Assembly: GCA_003278465.1 (NCBI GenBank)
Contig: QCFC01000002.1
Location: 23,865-87,864 of the forward strand
Direction: 5' to 3'
Source of the DNA: Prochlorococcus sp. AG-363-B04
GTDB lineage: Bacteria; Cyanobacteriota; Cyanobacteriia; PCC-6307; Cyanobiaceae
Length of the DNA: 64,000 nucleotides
Position numbers and translations under genes: made by a program. Below the pieces are notes generated by a model that worked only from the letters and a program-made list of their open reading frames with translations, was not told where the DNA came from and made no database searches. Each line of letters opens with the position of its first letter. The stretch's first letter is position 1. This document shows positions 1 through 9,865 of the stretch, piece after piece.

Positions 1-232
1 TTTTATAATGAATCCACGCATTAATACTCTTTCTATGGATAGGATTAGGATCACTAGTTTGCCATGAAATATTGGGAAAATTTTCTTGGAATACTACGCC
101 ATGCTCCCCACTGCCACTTGCTACTTCAAGAATAGTTCCATCTCCAGGAAGGAAATTTGAAAGGATCTCTCCTATTGGTCCTCTATTGCGTTGGGTTGCA
201 GGAAAGAACAATCTTTTATCTGATTTCTCCAT
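1..232 (-). CDS. DUF938-like SAM-dependent methyltransferase, N-terminal part (gene continues beyond window start)
   Basis: Minus frame open from ATG at 232 to the window edge (absent from ORF track because no stop in window). My translation is MEKSDKRLFFPATQRNRGPIGEILSNFLPGDGTILEVASGSGEHGVVFQENFPNISWQTSDPNP, which fits the DUF938 pattern (PAxxRN..PI, LExxSGxGxH, WxxSD). Confidence 0.6.
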   Translation of the reverse strand, partial: MEKSDKRLFFPATQRNRGPIGEILSNFLPGDGTILEVASGSGEHGVVFQENFPNISWQTSDPNPIHRKSINAWIHYK

Positions 233-452
233 ACTAATAGACCTTATTAAAACTAACGAATCTTAATAATGGTTGGATTTTAGGATTAATTTATTTAATA
301 TTTCTTCCTACAATTTACATCGAATTTTGGTCTTCTTACTTATCAATAAAATTTATTCTTCGTTAACCTACTACTATACATTTCGATTTTACCCTTTCCT
401 ATTTCTTATCCCCTTTGCTTGCTAGATTAGATTTGGTTTTGGATTAATTTAC

Positions 453-719
453 CTAGATAATATCTCTAATTTCATTTGATTGTTTTCCACCAAGTCCTGG
501 TTCAAAAGGAAAAACCAGTTCATCTCCAAATAGGTCATTATAATTTGTTTCATCTACTTTGTTTTCTCTATCATTATCTATGATTTGCTCTGGTGATATT
601 ACGCTTTCATCAGGTGGAGAATATCCTTTGATTACAGCAAAGGCACTATCCCAACCTATAAGAAGCATTACTGATATTAGGGTTACTGGAAATGCAATCT
701 TATAAATTTCTTTTAGCAT
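453..719 (-). CDS. hypothetical small secreted or membrane-anchored protein
   Basis: 88-aa ORF with an N-terminal hydrophobic segment (FPVTLISVMLLIGW) and an acidic tail; no recognisable family. Confidence 0.4.
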   Translation of the reverse strand: MLKEIYKIAFPVTLISVMLLIGWDSAFAVIKGYSPPDESVISPEQIIDNDRENKVDETNYNDLFGDELVFPFEPGLGGKQSNEIRDII

Positions 720-897
720 AGTAACCCAGGCGGAGTTACTTTATTTAAGCAGCCTTCTGGGTGACTTTAGCTTATTATTTTCATTTTTAGTCATATCACT
801 TTTTATGTACCTTCCTTAAGGTCAAGTTTTAATATGAATTAAAAGTTCTAATTGATTAAGAGATGCTTGTTTTGCCTATAAATAAATGGTTTTAGAC

Positions 898-2385
898 TTA
901 CCAAAGTCTTCTTGGATCAGCTTGTGTGATGTGATCAAGTTGAGTTATGGAGAGATTTGTTCCTATGTAGAGAGCTTCTAGTGAGTCTCCATCAAAGATT
1001 CCAATCCCTTCGTCTGATTGGTTGTAGCTGCCTTTGATCACTCTTCTAAATGAAAGATGGTCATCGCTTGTTCCAAGAATTGTGATTCGATCTTGATTAT
1101 CTAATTCGGTAATAATGTCAGCATTAATTCCCGAATGGTTTTTCCCCCATTCACTTTCATGTCCTCTTAAATCGCTAACTATAAAGAGTCGATCAATTTC
1201 TCCATCTAATTCTGATGCAAAAGTGTTTGTGCCACCTCCTCCATAAAGGACGTCACTTCCAGAGCCTCCATTCAAATAATCTTTACCAGCTCCAGCTCGG
1301 ATTTCATCGGCACCTTCATTCCCATAAAGAGAATCAGGCCCTCCTCCTCCTCCGATAAAGTCATCTCCCTCTCCACCTTTCATGTTGTCTGAGAAAGCTA
1401 AATAACCTCCAATTAAATAGTCAGCACCTGCATTACCCTCAATGGTGTCATTTCCATCTCCTCCAAAAATTGAATCCATACCAATTCCTCCAATTAGGCT
1501 ATCTCCTCCTTCATATCCATAAATAGTGTCGTTCCCTTCTCTTCCATCGATAACATCATTACCAGAATCACTTCCTGTATAACCAGCTAATTCATCATTA
1601 CCAGTACTCCCTGTTAGATTCCTATTTGAATTTTCATCATTATATATAAGAATACTTGAGTCAGAGGCAATAGCAAGACTATCTAATCCAATTGCATTAA
1701 GAGTTACGGAATTTGCCGATACATTTATTTCTTTAACTATCTCCCAATTATTATCAGCTTCATTTTTTTGATAAAGGAGTACACTAGAACCTGTGCCGAT
1801 GGCAAGTGAATTATCTCCTGCATTTTCGAAACTTATTGAGGAGGCTGATACATCAATTTGGTTGTCCAGGGTCCAGTTACTATTGATTTGTTCGTAGATA
1901 TAAACACCTGTATCTGCAGCCACAGCAAGAGAATTATCTCCGTAATTATCTAGAGAGATTGAATTTGCTGCTATTTCAATTTCAGAAGTAAGTAACCAGG
2001 TATTATTTGTAATGTCCTTTGAGTAAATTAAGACGCTTGAGTCTGTTGCGATAGCTAAGTTTTCATCTGATCCATTTTCGAAACTGATTGAGGATGCTGA
2101 TACATCAATTTGGTTGTTCAGGGTCCAGTTACTATTGATTTGTTTGTAGATATAAACACCTGTATCTGCAGCCACAGCAAGAGAATTATCTCCGTAATTA
2201 TCTAGAGAGATTGAATTTGCTGCTCTTGCAATTTCGGAATCAAGTACCCAGCTATTAGTCTGAGGGTCTTTGGAATAAATTTGGACACTACCCTCTATAG
2301 AAACGGCAAGAAGGTTATTTGCTGCATTCTCGAAACTTACTGAATTTGCAACTTCTCTTATCTCTTGATCAAGAATCCAAGGCAT
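898..2385 (-). CDS. secreted repeat protein: about six beta-propeller-like blades followed by RTX (GGxGxD) calcium-binding repeats
   Basis: The N-terminal 250 aa are about 42-aa modules (ANSISLDNYGDNSLAVAADTGVYIYxQxNSNW). The C-terminal half carries many GGxGxD nonapeptides (GGDGNDTIEG, GGEGDDFIGG, GGSGSDVLYGG). Confidence 0.8.
   Translation of the reverse strand: MPWILDQEIREVANSVSFENAANNLLAVSIEGSVQIYSKDPQTNSWVLDSEIARAANSISLDNYGDNSLAVAADTGVYIYKQINSNWTLNNQIDVSASSISFENGSDENLAIATDSSVLIYSKDITNNTWLLTSEIEIAANSISLDNYGDNSLAVAADTGVYIYEQINSNWTLDNQIDVSASSISFENAGDNSLAIGTGSSVLLYQKNEADNNWEIVKEINVSANSVTLNAIGLDSLAIASDSSILIYNDENSNRNLTGSTGNDELAGYTGSDSGNDVIDGREGNDTIYGYEGGDSLIGGIGMDSIFGGDGNDTIEGNAGADYLIGGYLAFSDNMKGGEGDDFIGGGGGPDSLYGNEGADEIRAGAGKDYLNGGSGSDVLYGGGGTNTFASELDGEIDRLFIVSDLRGHESEWGKNHSGINADIITELDNQDRITILGTSDDHLSFRRVIKGSYNQSDEGIGIFDGDSLEALYIGTNLSITQLDHITQADPRRLW
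1821..1985. repeat. internal direct repeat copy 1 (252-bp period) inside the RTX/propeller gene
   Basis: About 165 bp nearly identical to 2073-2237, with a handful of mismatches seen by eye. Confidence 0.85.
2073..2237. repeat. internal direct repeat copy 2 (252-bp period) inside the RTX/propeller gene
   Basis: Near-identical to 1821-1985. The offset of exactly 252 bp equals 84 codons, or two blades. Confidence 0.85.
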
Positions 2386-2425
2386 CTCAAATTTTAAAGC
2401 TCATGATTAGATAGAGATTATACTC

Positions 2426-2794
2426 TCAAGTTGTATCGTCTTCTGAATATAGGTTGCACTTATAATCTTTTATCGTTCCATTGGGAAGCCTTTGAGCGAG
2501 TCTTGGGCTCTCATGATGTAATCCTAGTAGATTATCTTTATAGCTCCAGAGCCATTTTGTATCAGTGAAACTTATTTCATCACTCTGAAATGAAACTGGT
2601 AGCATTAGATTAATATCTTCCCACTCTAGTGTGACAAATGCTCCTTGATCAATTTCCTCCAAATCCTTCACAAGGGCGAAGTCACCATTTAAGTTATTTC
2701 TTATAGTTGCTTTAAGAGGCTTGCCGTCACAATTAAAGGAATTTGCTGGTGTTATATTGATCAGAAGGCAAAGAATCAAAGGTAGTATTTGCAT
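2426..2794 (-). CDS. hypothetical secreted protein (possible MliC-like fold, weak)
   Basis: 122-aa ORF with a signal-peptide-like N-terminus (MQILPLILCLLINITPANS) and a Cys near each end of the mature part. Confidence 0.5.
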   Translation of the reverse strand: MQILPLILCLLINITPANSFNCDGKPLKATIRNNLNGDFALVKDLEEIDQGAFVTLEWEDINLMLPVSFQSDEISFTDTKWLWSYKDNLLGLHHESPRLAQRLPNGTIKDYKCNLYSEDDTT

Positions 2795-3003
2795 GGAAAT
2801 TAGGAAGCTTTAATGTAGGCAATGGTCATTTTCATGTGATTATTCGATTAATTGCCTGTAGCTAATTTTCTAGATTAGATAATAGGAAGATTAAAAAAAC
2901 TATCATATTACCTCTCCAAATAATAATTATTGGCTAGTTTAAGATGCATTACCATTGAAGCTTTTATTTTGAATGAAAATAATATTTTCCTATGAAACCA
3001 GAT

Positions 3004-3411
3004 TTAGTCAATTTGATCTGTAGTTAATCTATACGCTAATTCATCAACTCTTTTTTGATTTACACCATTATCTCCTGTCCCTACTCGAGATTCTGATCTG
3101 ATTTGTATTAAATGTTTTTCTGGTAAAGCTAGTATTAGAAGGTCATCTGTATATCGTCTCCATTTTGTTTTTGCTTCAGCATGAATATATGAATTGGTTT
3201 GTTCAATAATCTTGGTTCTTGGTGTGTTAGCAACAGCTGTCACAGCTTTTTTGAATGATCCTTGCACATCACTTACTTCCCAGTTTTCAAGTACACAGTG
3301 AGTAATGACGATACATTTGGGAAGTTCCTTGGAAATTGTGTCAGCATATACCGTATTGCAGTTCAGACAAAGTATTAGGAAAGAGAGGAGAGTAGCCAAT
3401 AAATGATTCAT
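3004..3411 (-). CDS. DUF1499 family protein with signal peptide
   Basis: C-terminal RSESRVGTGDNGVNQKRVDEL matches the DUF1499 signature (RSxSRxGxxDxGVNxxRVE); N-terminal signal sequence. Confidence 0.65.
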   Translation of the reverse strand: MNHLLATLLSFLILCLNCNTVYADTISKELPKCIVITHCVLENWEVSDVQGSFKKAVTAVANTPRTKIIEQTNSYIHAEAKTKWRRYTDDLLILALPEKHLIQIRSESRVGTGDNGVNQKRVDELAYRLTTDQID

Positions 3412-3909
3412 TTACTCAGATCAACCCAAATGACCCTGCTGTAAACCCCACAAAGCAAAAGAACGCAAATTCAAAAAATTCCCTAAAACCAGAAGGAATT
3501 TTATTGAAGACTATCGAAAGGAACTGAGCCATTTGAACCTTGTACTCACAGGTTTTAGAGACCCTAGTGAATTTTTTTCAAATACGTGAGTTCTAAGATC
3601 GAAATCCGATTTATTCTTTTTTTATGTTCTTATGAGAATAAATGGATTATCCTTAGAATTAGTTGTATCTATACGATAGATTTAGCCTATAGTTTTATCT
3701 GATTCGGCTTAATTCATACTATTAACTGGTGTTATAATTGCAAATTTTTCAATTTAATTAAAAAGATTAACTCTTACCCTCGAGATTTTCAGCTTTATTG
3801 AATTATTATTTTATTATTAGCTATGTATGCTAAATTCAAAGATCTTAAGTTATAATAATAATACCTCATTTTTTTGATCTACTAATAGTATTTGAAGGGG
3901 AATTCTTTT

Positions 3910-6900
3910 ATGGGATGGCGATTTTGGATTGACCGAGGAGGAACATTTACGGATTTGGTAGGCATAAGTCCCGTTGGAGAATTGGTTGTACATAAATTTC
4001 TTTCAGAACAGCCAGATCAGAAGATTGATCCTGCTGTAAAAACTATTAGGGGAATCTTGAAAATTAATGATAATATTCCTATCCCTAAAGCTATGATAAG
4101 TGAGGTTAGGATAGGAACAACTGTAGCAACAAATGCATTATTAGAGGGAACTGGAAAGCCTGTACTGCTCTTTTGCAATAAAGGATTCTCGGATGCATTA
4201 TTTATCGGAGATCAGCATCGTCAGGATTTATTTTCACTGAGGATAGTAAAGCCACCTTTCATTGCTAAATCAGTTATAGAATTAAATTGTAGGATTGATA
4301 CTAATGGTTTTGAATTGCAAAAGTTAGAACTGGAATGTCTGGTTGATAATCAAATCATTCTTAACTGCCTTAAAGAACAGACTTCATGTGCAATATCATT
4401 TCTGCACTCTTACATAAACCCTAGGCATGAAATTGCCCTGCAAAAATGGCTTAAAAGTATAGGATTTAAAAATGTAATTTGTAGTCATCAGGTTGCACCT
4501 CTTCCTAGGTTTATACCAAGAGGTCAGACTACTTTAGTAGAGGCAACTGTATCACCAATCCTATTTGAGTATTTAGTCAAGGTAAGGAAAGAATTGGGAG
4601 AGTCAACAAATTTACGTATTATGGGATCAAGTGGAACGTTGTTGCATCCAGATCTTTTGTATGCAAAAGACACCATCCTTTCTGGTCCTGCAGGAGGAAT
4701 GGTTGGAGCTGTGGCTTCTGCAAATATGTCAGGATTAAATACACATCCATTAGTTGGATTTGATATGGGTGGGACTTCAACAGATGTTTTTTATGTTCCA
4801 CCTAAGCATCTTGAGAATTTTGAACGTGATTCAGAAACTGAAATTGCTGGTTACGCACTAATTGCTCAGAGACTGCCAATTCATACTGTTGCTGCTGGTG
4901 GTGGATCAGTTATTTCTTTAAATGGTGAGAGATTACAAGTTGGTCCATTTTCTGCTGGATCTAATCCAGGACCAGCTTGTTACCGAAGGGGCGGGCCGTT
5001 AACAATTACAGATGCTAATCTTTTTCTAGGTCGAATACAAAAAAATAAATTCCCTCAGGTATTTGGTTTAGATGGTAATCAAGCTCCTGATTATTTAGTA
5101 ACGAAGAAAGGGTTCTCTAAATTGGCTAATAAACTTAGGATTTCTCCAGAGGAAGTTGCTGAGGGTGCTTTGTCTATAGCAGTTGAAAAGATGGCAGATG
5201 CTATTAAGCAGGTTTCTTTATTTAGTGGATATGATATACGCAATGGAGTCCTCTTGGCTTTTGGGGGGGCAGGAGGTCAGCATGTTTGTAGATTAGCAAG
5301 ACAGTTGGGAATTAAAAAGATCTTGCTTCATCCCTTAGCATCAGTTTTGTCTGCTTATGGTATAGGAATTGCTTGTCAAACTAAATTCATTACACTTCAT
5401 ATTAGGGAGGATCTGACGGAAGAGTTATTGTTAAAACTCAAGAGATTATGTAATGAAGAACATAGAAAAGCTGAAATTAAATTAGATGAAAGTGGTGACC
5501 TAAATGATATCCCTCAAAAGATTAAGTCTAAATGCTTGATAAAAGTTGAAATTCGTTTTAAATCTAGTGAGCAAGGGTTAATGATAGCTTTTGATAAACA
5601 ATCAAGGTTGGATGATCTGATTAAATCTTTCGAATTAGAGCATCTTAAAAGATTTTCTTATATTCCTCCTCGCAATGAACAACTAGTAATTGAGAAACTT
5701 GAAATTGAAGTTATTCCAATTACCTCTAGTCAATCTTATCCTATTTCTTATAAAGCTTCTGGGCTATTCCAGTCTCATGAATTGGCACGTGTTTACTTAT
5801 CTGAATCTGGATGGCAAGAAATCCCTTGTTACTCTAGAGAAAATCTTTCATCAGATCTTGATATTCAGGGCCCTGCTCTAATAGTAGATTCAACGAGTTC
5901 AATCTTTTTAGAAGTAGGATGGCAAGCAAAAGTAGATACCCATGGATGTCTTTTACTAGAGGCAGATTTTTCTAATCTATTGATTAAATATTATCAAGGA
6001 AGCAGTTCTATAATACAACCAGATTCAGTCTTACTAGAACTTTATAGACATCGATTTACTTCTATTGCCAAAAAAATGGGTGAACGACTAAAGAAAACAA
6101 GCCGTTCTGTAAATATTAGGGAAAGGATGGACTTTTCCTGTGCTCTTTTTGATAAGCAAGGATGCCTTGTTGCTAATGCTCCTCATATTCCCGTTCACTT
6201 AGGTTCCATGGGTGAAACAGTTGTTGAGTTGATTAGAGAAATATCAAGTGGGAAACGTCCTCCACTCCATTCAAGTGAGACAATACTTACTAATGATCCT
6301 TTTAAAGGGGGAACCCATCTTCCAGACATAACTGCAATAACCCCTGTATTTGCAGGTTCAGATGAACCTCTTTTTTATGTTGCTTGTCGTGGACATCATG
6401 AGGATATAGGTGGTATTACTCCTGGATCTATGCCACCATTTAGTAAGACTATTCATGATGAAGGCTTATTACTCTGTAATGAGACTTTTATTTTTAAAGG
6501 TAAATATAATTCTTTGTATTGGGGAAAACGTATACTCTCCTGTAAATTTCCCCCTCGAAATCCAACTGTATTAATTGCTGATCTTCATGCTCAAGTAGCT
6601 GCTAATCAACTAGGAGTAAATGAATTGGAAAATCTTGTAGAAGCCGAAGGTTATGAAGAAGTCTTTAATTATATGAATTACCTTCAAGCTAATGCATCCA
6701 GTGCTGTAAAGAAAGTCATAAAAAATCTCAAAGAAACCGCTTTTTCAGTGGATTTAGATAATGGAGCAAGACTTTTTCTGAGGATTTCTATTAACGATAA
6801 AAAAAACAAAGTAAAATTAGACTTTACCGGTACATCAAAACAAGGTCATCAGAATTTCCAGGCCCCTTTAGCAGTAACTAAGGCTGTAGTTCTATATGCT

Positions 6901-7563
6901 TTTCGTTGTTTATTAGATGAGGAAATACCATTAAATTCTGGGTGCTTTGAACCAATTGAATTGATCGTACCCAAAGGATGCTTGTTGAACCCAATTCCAC
7001 CTGCTGCTGTGGTTGCAGGAAATGTAGAAACTTCTCAGGCTATATGCAATCTTATTTTTGGAGCGATGGGTGTTTTAGCAGCCAGTCAGGGAACCATGAA
7101 TAACCTCACCTTTGGAAATAGTGACAAGCAGTATTACGAGACAATTGCTGGTGGAAGTGGAGCTGGGAACGGCTTTGATGGTTGTGATTGTATTCAGTCA
7201 CACATGACTAATTCTAGACTCACAGATCCTGAAATTATTGAGCAGAGATACCCTGTTCGTTTGGAGCACTTTGGGATTAGGAAAGGAAGTGGTGGTGAAG
7301 GTAGATGGAGAGGAGGGGAAGGGTTGTTGAGAAAGTTTCTTTTTTTGGAACCTATGAATGTATCTATTCTTTCAGGCTCTAGGCGTATCTCACCTTTTGG
7401 CTTGGCTGGTGGGAAGTCTGGAAGAAAAGGGTTAAATCAACTTCAAAGAAGTAATGGTGAGAAGTTAAACCTTGATGGTTGTTCTAGTTTTGAGGTTGAG
7501 GCAGGTGATTCAGTTTTAATCTCCACGCCAGGTGGGGGCGGATATGGGGAACCCAATTTATAA
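3910..7563 (+). CDS. 5-oxoprolinase (ATP-hydrolysing), fused hydantoinase A/B type
   Basis: N-terminus MGWRFWIDRGGTFTD is typical of oxoprolinase/HyuA, and the C-terminal half is hydantoinase-B-like. ATG at 3910 is preferred over the TTG at 3892 used in the track. Confidence 0.9.
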   Translation: MGWRFWIDRGGTFTDLVGISPVGELVVHKFLSEQPDQKIDPAVKTIRGILKINDNIPIPKAMISEVRIGTTVATNALLEGTGKPVLLFCNKGFSDALFIGDQHRQDLFSLRIVKPPFIAKSVIELNCRIDTNGFELQKLELECLVDNQIILNCLKEQTSCAISFLHSYINPRHEIALQKWLKSIGFKNVICSHQVAPLPRFIPRGQTTLVEATVSPILFEYLVKVRKELGESTNLRIMGSSGTLLHPDLLYAKDTILSGPAGGMVGAVASANMSGLNTHPLVGFDMGGTSTDVFYVPPKHLENFERDSETEIAGYALIAQRLPIHTVAAGGGSVISLNGERLQVGPFSAGSNPGPACYRRGGPLTITDANLFLGRIQKNKFPQVFGLDGNQAPDYLVTKKGFSKLANKLRISPEEVAEGALSIAVEKMADAIKQVSLFSGYDIRNGVLLAFGGAGGQHVCRLARQLGIKKILLHPLASVLSAYGIGIACQTKFITLHIREDLTEELLLKLKRLCNEEHRKAEIKLDESGDLNDIPQKIKSKCLIKVEIRFKSSEQGLMIAFDKQSRLDDLIKSFELEHLKRFSYIPPRNEQLVIEKLEIEVIPITSSQSYPISYKASGLFQSHELARVYLSESGWQEIPCYSRENLSSDLDIQGPALIVDSTSSIFLEVGWQAKVDTHGCLLLEADFSNLLIKYYQGSSSIIQPDSVLLELYRHRFTSIAKKMGERLKKTSRSVNIRERMDFSCALFDKQGCLVANAPHIPVHLGSMGETVVELIREISSGKRPPLHSSETILTNDPFKGGTHLPDITAITPVFAGSDEPLFYVACRGHHEDIGGITPGSMPPFSKTIHDEGLLLCNETFIFKGKYNSLYWGKRILSCKFPPRNPTVLIADLHAQVAANQLGVNELENLVEAEGYEEVFNYMNYLQANASSAVKKVIKNLKETAFSVDLDNGARLFLRISINDKKNKVKLDFTGTSKQGHQNFQAPLAVTKAVVLYAFRCLLDEEIPLNSGCFEPIELIVPKGCLLNPIPPAAVVAGNVETSQAICNLIFGAMGVLAASQGTMNNLTFGNSDKQYYETIAGGSGAGNGFDGCDCIQSHMTNSRLTDPEIIEQRYPVRLEHFGIRKGSGGEGRWRGGEGLLRKFLFLEPMNVSILSGSRRISPFGLAGGKSGRKGLNQLQRSNGEKLNLDGCSSFEVEAGDSVLISTPGGGGYGEPNL

Positions 7564-7712
7564 CTAAAATCAATTAGTTTCAAACCTAATCTTGTTAGAA
7601 TAGATTTTGACTTCTACGGATGAATTTATTTATTTCTAATAGGATAAGAATTAATATTATTTATAAAATAGAATCATAAAGTGTCTAGAATGAATAAAAC
7701 AACCCCTTTCTA

Positions 7713-7832
7713 ATGAAAGACCAAAAGCCTAGGACAGAGCAGAAACAAATTCGCGTGAGAACAATTTTTGCTTATTTATATATGGCCTCAGTAGCTTTAG
7801 CAGCTTTGTATTGGATTATTGGTAAATTTTGA
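7713..7832 (+). CDS. possible 39-aa single-TM mini-protein
   Basis: My translation is MKDQKPRTEQKQIRVRTIFAYLYMASVALAALYWIIGKF (basic head plus one hydrophobic helix). Below the ORF-track cutoff. Confidence 0.25.
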   Translation: MKDQKPRTEQKQIRVRTIFAYLYMASVALAALYWIIGKF

Positions 7833-8392
7833 CTAATTCATTTTTATTTATGCCCACTCTGATATTGGTTTTGAGATATGCCTTCAGTAAGTTGTGTGTT
7901 TAATTAATTCACTAAGAGTGAATATGAAGACTTATTTTAAATGAGCTTTCTAGTGATTTTTGTAGTCAACTTCCTGTTGTGAGGTCTCTTACTAATAAAA
8001 GCTTTATAAGTTGGTTCCATTTTTTTGGGAACCTCCATCTGATAAATATGCCTATGTATATAATGTAGGCACATCCCTCTACAGTGTGCTGGAAAGTGTG
8101 AAGGAATTGGTTCATGAGATTTATATTACATAATTTTGCCTTGACTAGGCTAAATTTTTAATGAAATATTAGGGAATTAATCAAAAGTGATTAAGTAGGT
8201 GCTTTTGAGAAATTTTGTTCTAACTTAGGTTTTGAATTAGTACCTTCTAAGTAAACAATTCTCTTGATATTGATAGATAATATTTTAATGAGTAAATTTT
8301 TCATTTAAAAAACCCTATTAATTTATCTGACTTCAAATTAAATAAAATCAGGAATACAAGCTGTCTAATTATTATTTATTTAGATCTGGTCA

Positions 8393-8671
8393 TTATTCCT
8401 GATAGGCATTGCCATTGATAATACAATATTCAAAGGCAAATAATTTTAGAGTATCAGGAATTTCTAGCCATTTCATCTCTTCAATCTTCTCAAGCTCATT
8501 TTCATTTAAATTATTTATCTTGGCGTATTCCTTCATCATATCATCCCATTCGTCTGAGCTTGCATCTAGAAAAAATGCCTTTTGATTCTGATTGAAAAAA
8601 TTAATTTTTCCTTTATCTGTATTGGCTAATTTGGATAGGTTCTTAAAGTATCGAAAATCTTCTGTCTTCAT
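8393..8671 (-). CDS. hypothetical acidic protein
   Basis: 92-aa ORF isolated in a very AT-rich ORF-poor tract; no recognisable motif. Confidence 0.35.
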   Translation of the reverse strand: MKTEDFRYFKNLSKLANTDKGKINFFNQNQKAFFLDASSDEWDDMMKEYAKINNLNENELEKIEEMKWLEIPDTLKLFAFEYCIINGNAYQE

Positions 8672-9255
8672 TTGGTTTTTGGATATCGATCAAAACTTAA
8701 TAGATTATAATTGACTTTATCTTTAAATGATTCAAAATTTAACTCTCTTTTAATTTTAAAAAAAAATCAGACCTAAAAATCTATCATTAAATTTAAATTA
8801 GTTTCTAGAAGGAATTGAGTCAGAATTCAAGTGAAAATTTTACAATCATCAACATGAGAGGTCCTTTTAGTGAATAGCTTGATGGGGATTTAGAAGTGAT
8901 GGATTTACATATTACTATCTAAATAAATTTTATTCAATTAGGTTAGAAATAAAATCATTAAAATCACCTCCTAAATATTTATTATGGCTATAAATTTTTC
9001 AAAAAGCTATATTTTTAAGTTTAAAAACTGCTATTAAATAGTAAATGGTCAATTTAATAGGCCTACAAAAATACAATAAAGTCTGGCCAAGATTATCTCT
9101 GCAACAGGAAAGTCCAATTTATTTTTGCCGATTTCTCCCCACTTCTTTAGCTGACCCCTTCACACTCTGCAATATTATCTGTTACAGTTCTTCACGTCGG
9201 TATCGGATTCTCCTTGCCGGCTTTGTCCCTTTCTGGTTTCCATTATCTAGATCCC

Positions 9256-9399
9256 ATGAAGCAACCCTCTAAGATTAAAACTGTTGAACCTGAAAAGATT
9301 CTTGCTGAGCGCATCAATGGATGGGCTGCAATGTTGGGTTTCTTTGCTGCAGTAGGTGCATACCTAACTACAGGTCAAATTATTCCAGGCTTTGTTTAG
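9256..9399 (+). CDS. hli: high-light-inducible protein (HLIP, one-helix CAB-like)
   Basis: ERINGWAAMLGFFAAVGAYLTTGQIIPGF matches the HLIP helix motif (ExxNGRxAMxGF). The internal ATG at 9256 (MKQPSK) is preferred. Confidence 0.9.
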   Translation: MKQPSKIKTVEPEKILAERINGWAAMLGFFAAVGAYLTTGQIIPGFV

Positions 9400-9409
9400 A
9401 GATTTTCAA

Positions 9410-9613
9410 ATGACAGGATCCTCTCTTGTATCAACTGAAGACGGCGGACGTCAAAACATTTTTGCATCCGAAGCCCGTCCACAATTGGTTGAAAATTATT
9501 CAAATGCTTCTGCCGAGGCTGAAAAAGTTAATGGCCGTTGGGCAATGATTGGATTTGTTGCTGCCATTGGTGCCTATGCAACAACTGGTCAAATCCTCCC
9601 AGGAATCTTCTGA
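9410..9613 (+). CDS. hli: high-light-inducible protein (HLIP)
   Basis: AEKVNGRWAMIGFVAAIGAYATTGQILPGIF; ATG at 9410. Confidence 0.9.
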   Translation: MTGSSLVSTEDGGRQNIFASEARPQLVENYSNASAEAEKVNGRWAMIGFVAAIGAYATTGQILPGIF

Positions 9614-9729
9614 TGGGAAGCTATTTCCAAAATTCTGAGTTAATTAACGGGCGTTTAGCCATGATTGGCTTTATTGCTGCAATACTTAATTACGGTTTTT
9701 TTGGTTGGGTAATCCCTGGATTTTTTTAA
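9613..9729 (+). CDS. hli: high-light-inducible protein (HLIP), 38 aa
   Basis: MGSYFQNSELINGRLAMIGFIAAILNYGFFGWVIPGFF. Its start overlaps the previous stop (TGATG). Confidence 0.85.
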   Translation: MGSYFQNSELINGRLAMIGFIAAILNYGFFGWVIPGFF

Positions 9730-9757
9730 ATCAAAAACATTAAACACTTTAAAAAAC

Positions 9758-9865
9758 ATGAACGAAAAAGCTGAACTTCAAAATGGCCGCTGGGCTATGG
9801 TGGGAATCTTCGCCGCTCTTAGCACCTATGCATTTACTGGGCAAATTATTCCTGGTATTTTTTAA
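9758..9865 (+). CDS. hli: high-light-inducible protein (HLIP), 35 aa, not in ORF track
   Basis: My translation is MNEKAELQNGRWAMVGIFAALSTYAFTGQIIPGIF. Confidence 0.85.
   Translation: MNEKAELQNGRWAMVGIFAALSTYAFTGQIIPGIF

Noticed and set aside
72-266. 64-aa plus-strand ORF at the window start
   Set aside because: It lies antisense to a much better supported minus-strand DUF938 methyltransferase reading frame (1-232), and its sequence has no features.
9045-9272. 75-aa ORF overlapping the start of the hli array
   Set aside because: It covers the likely hli promoter/leader and runs out of frame into the first hli, and its composition is not protein-like.
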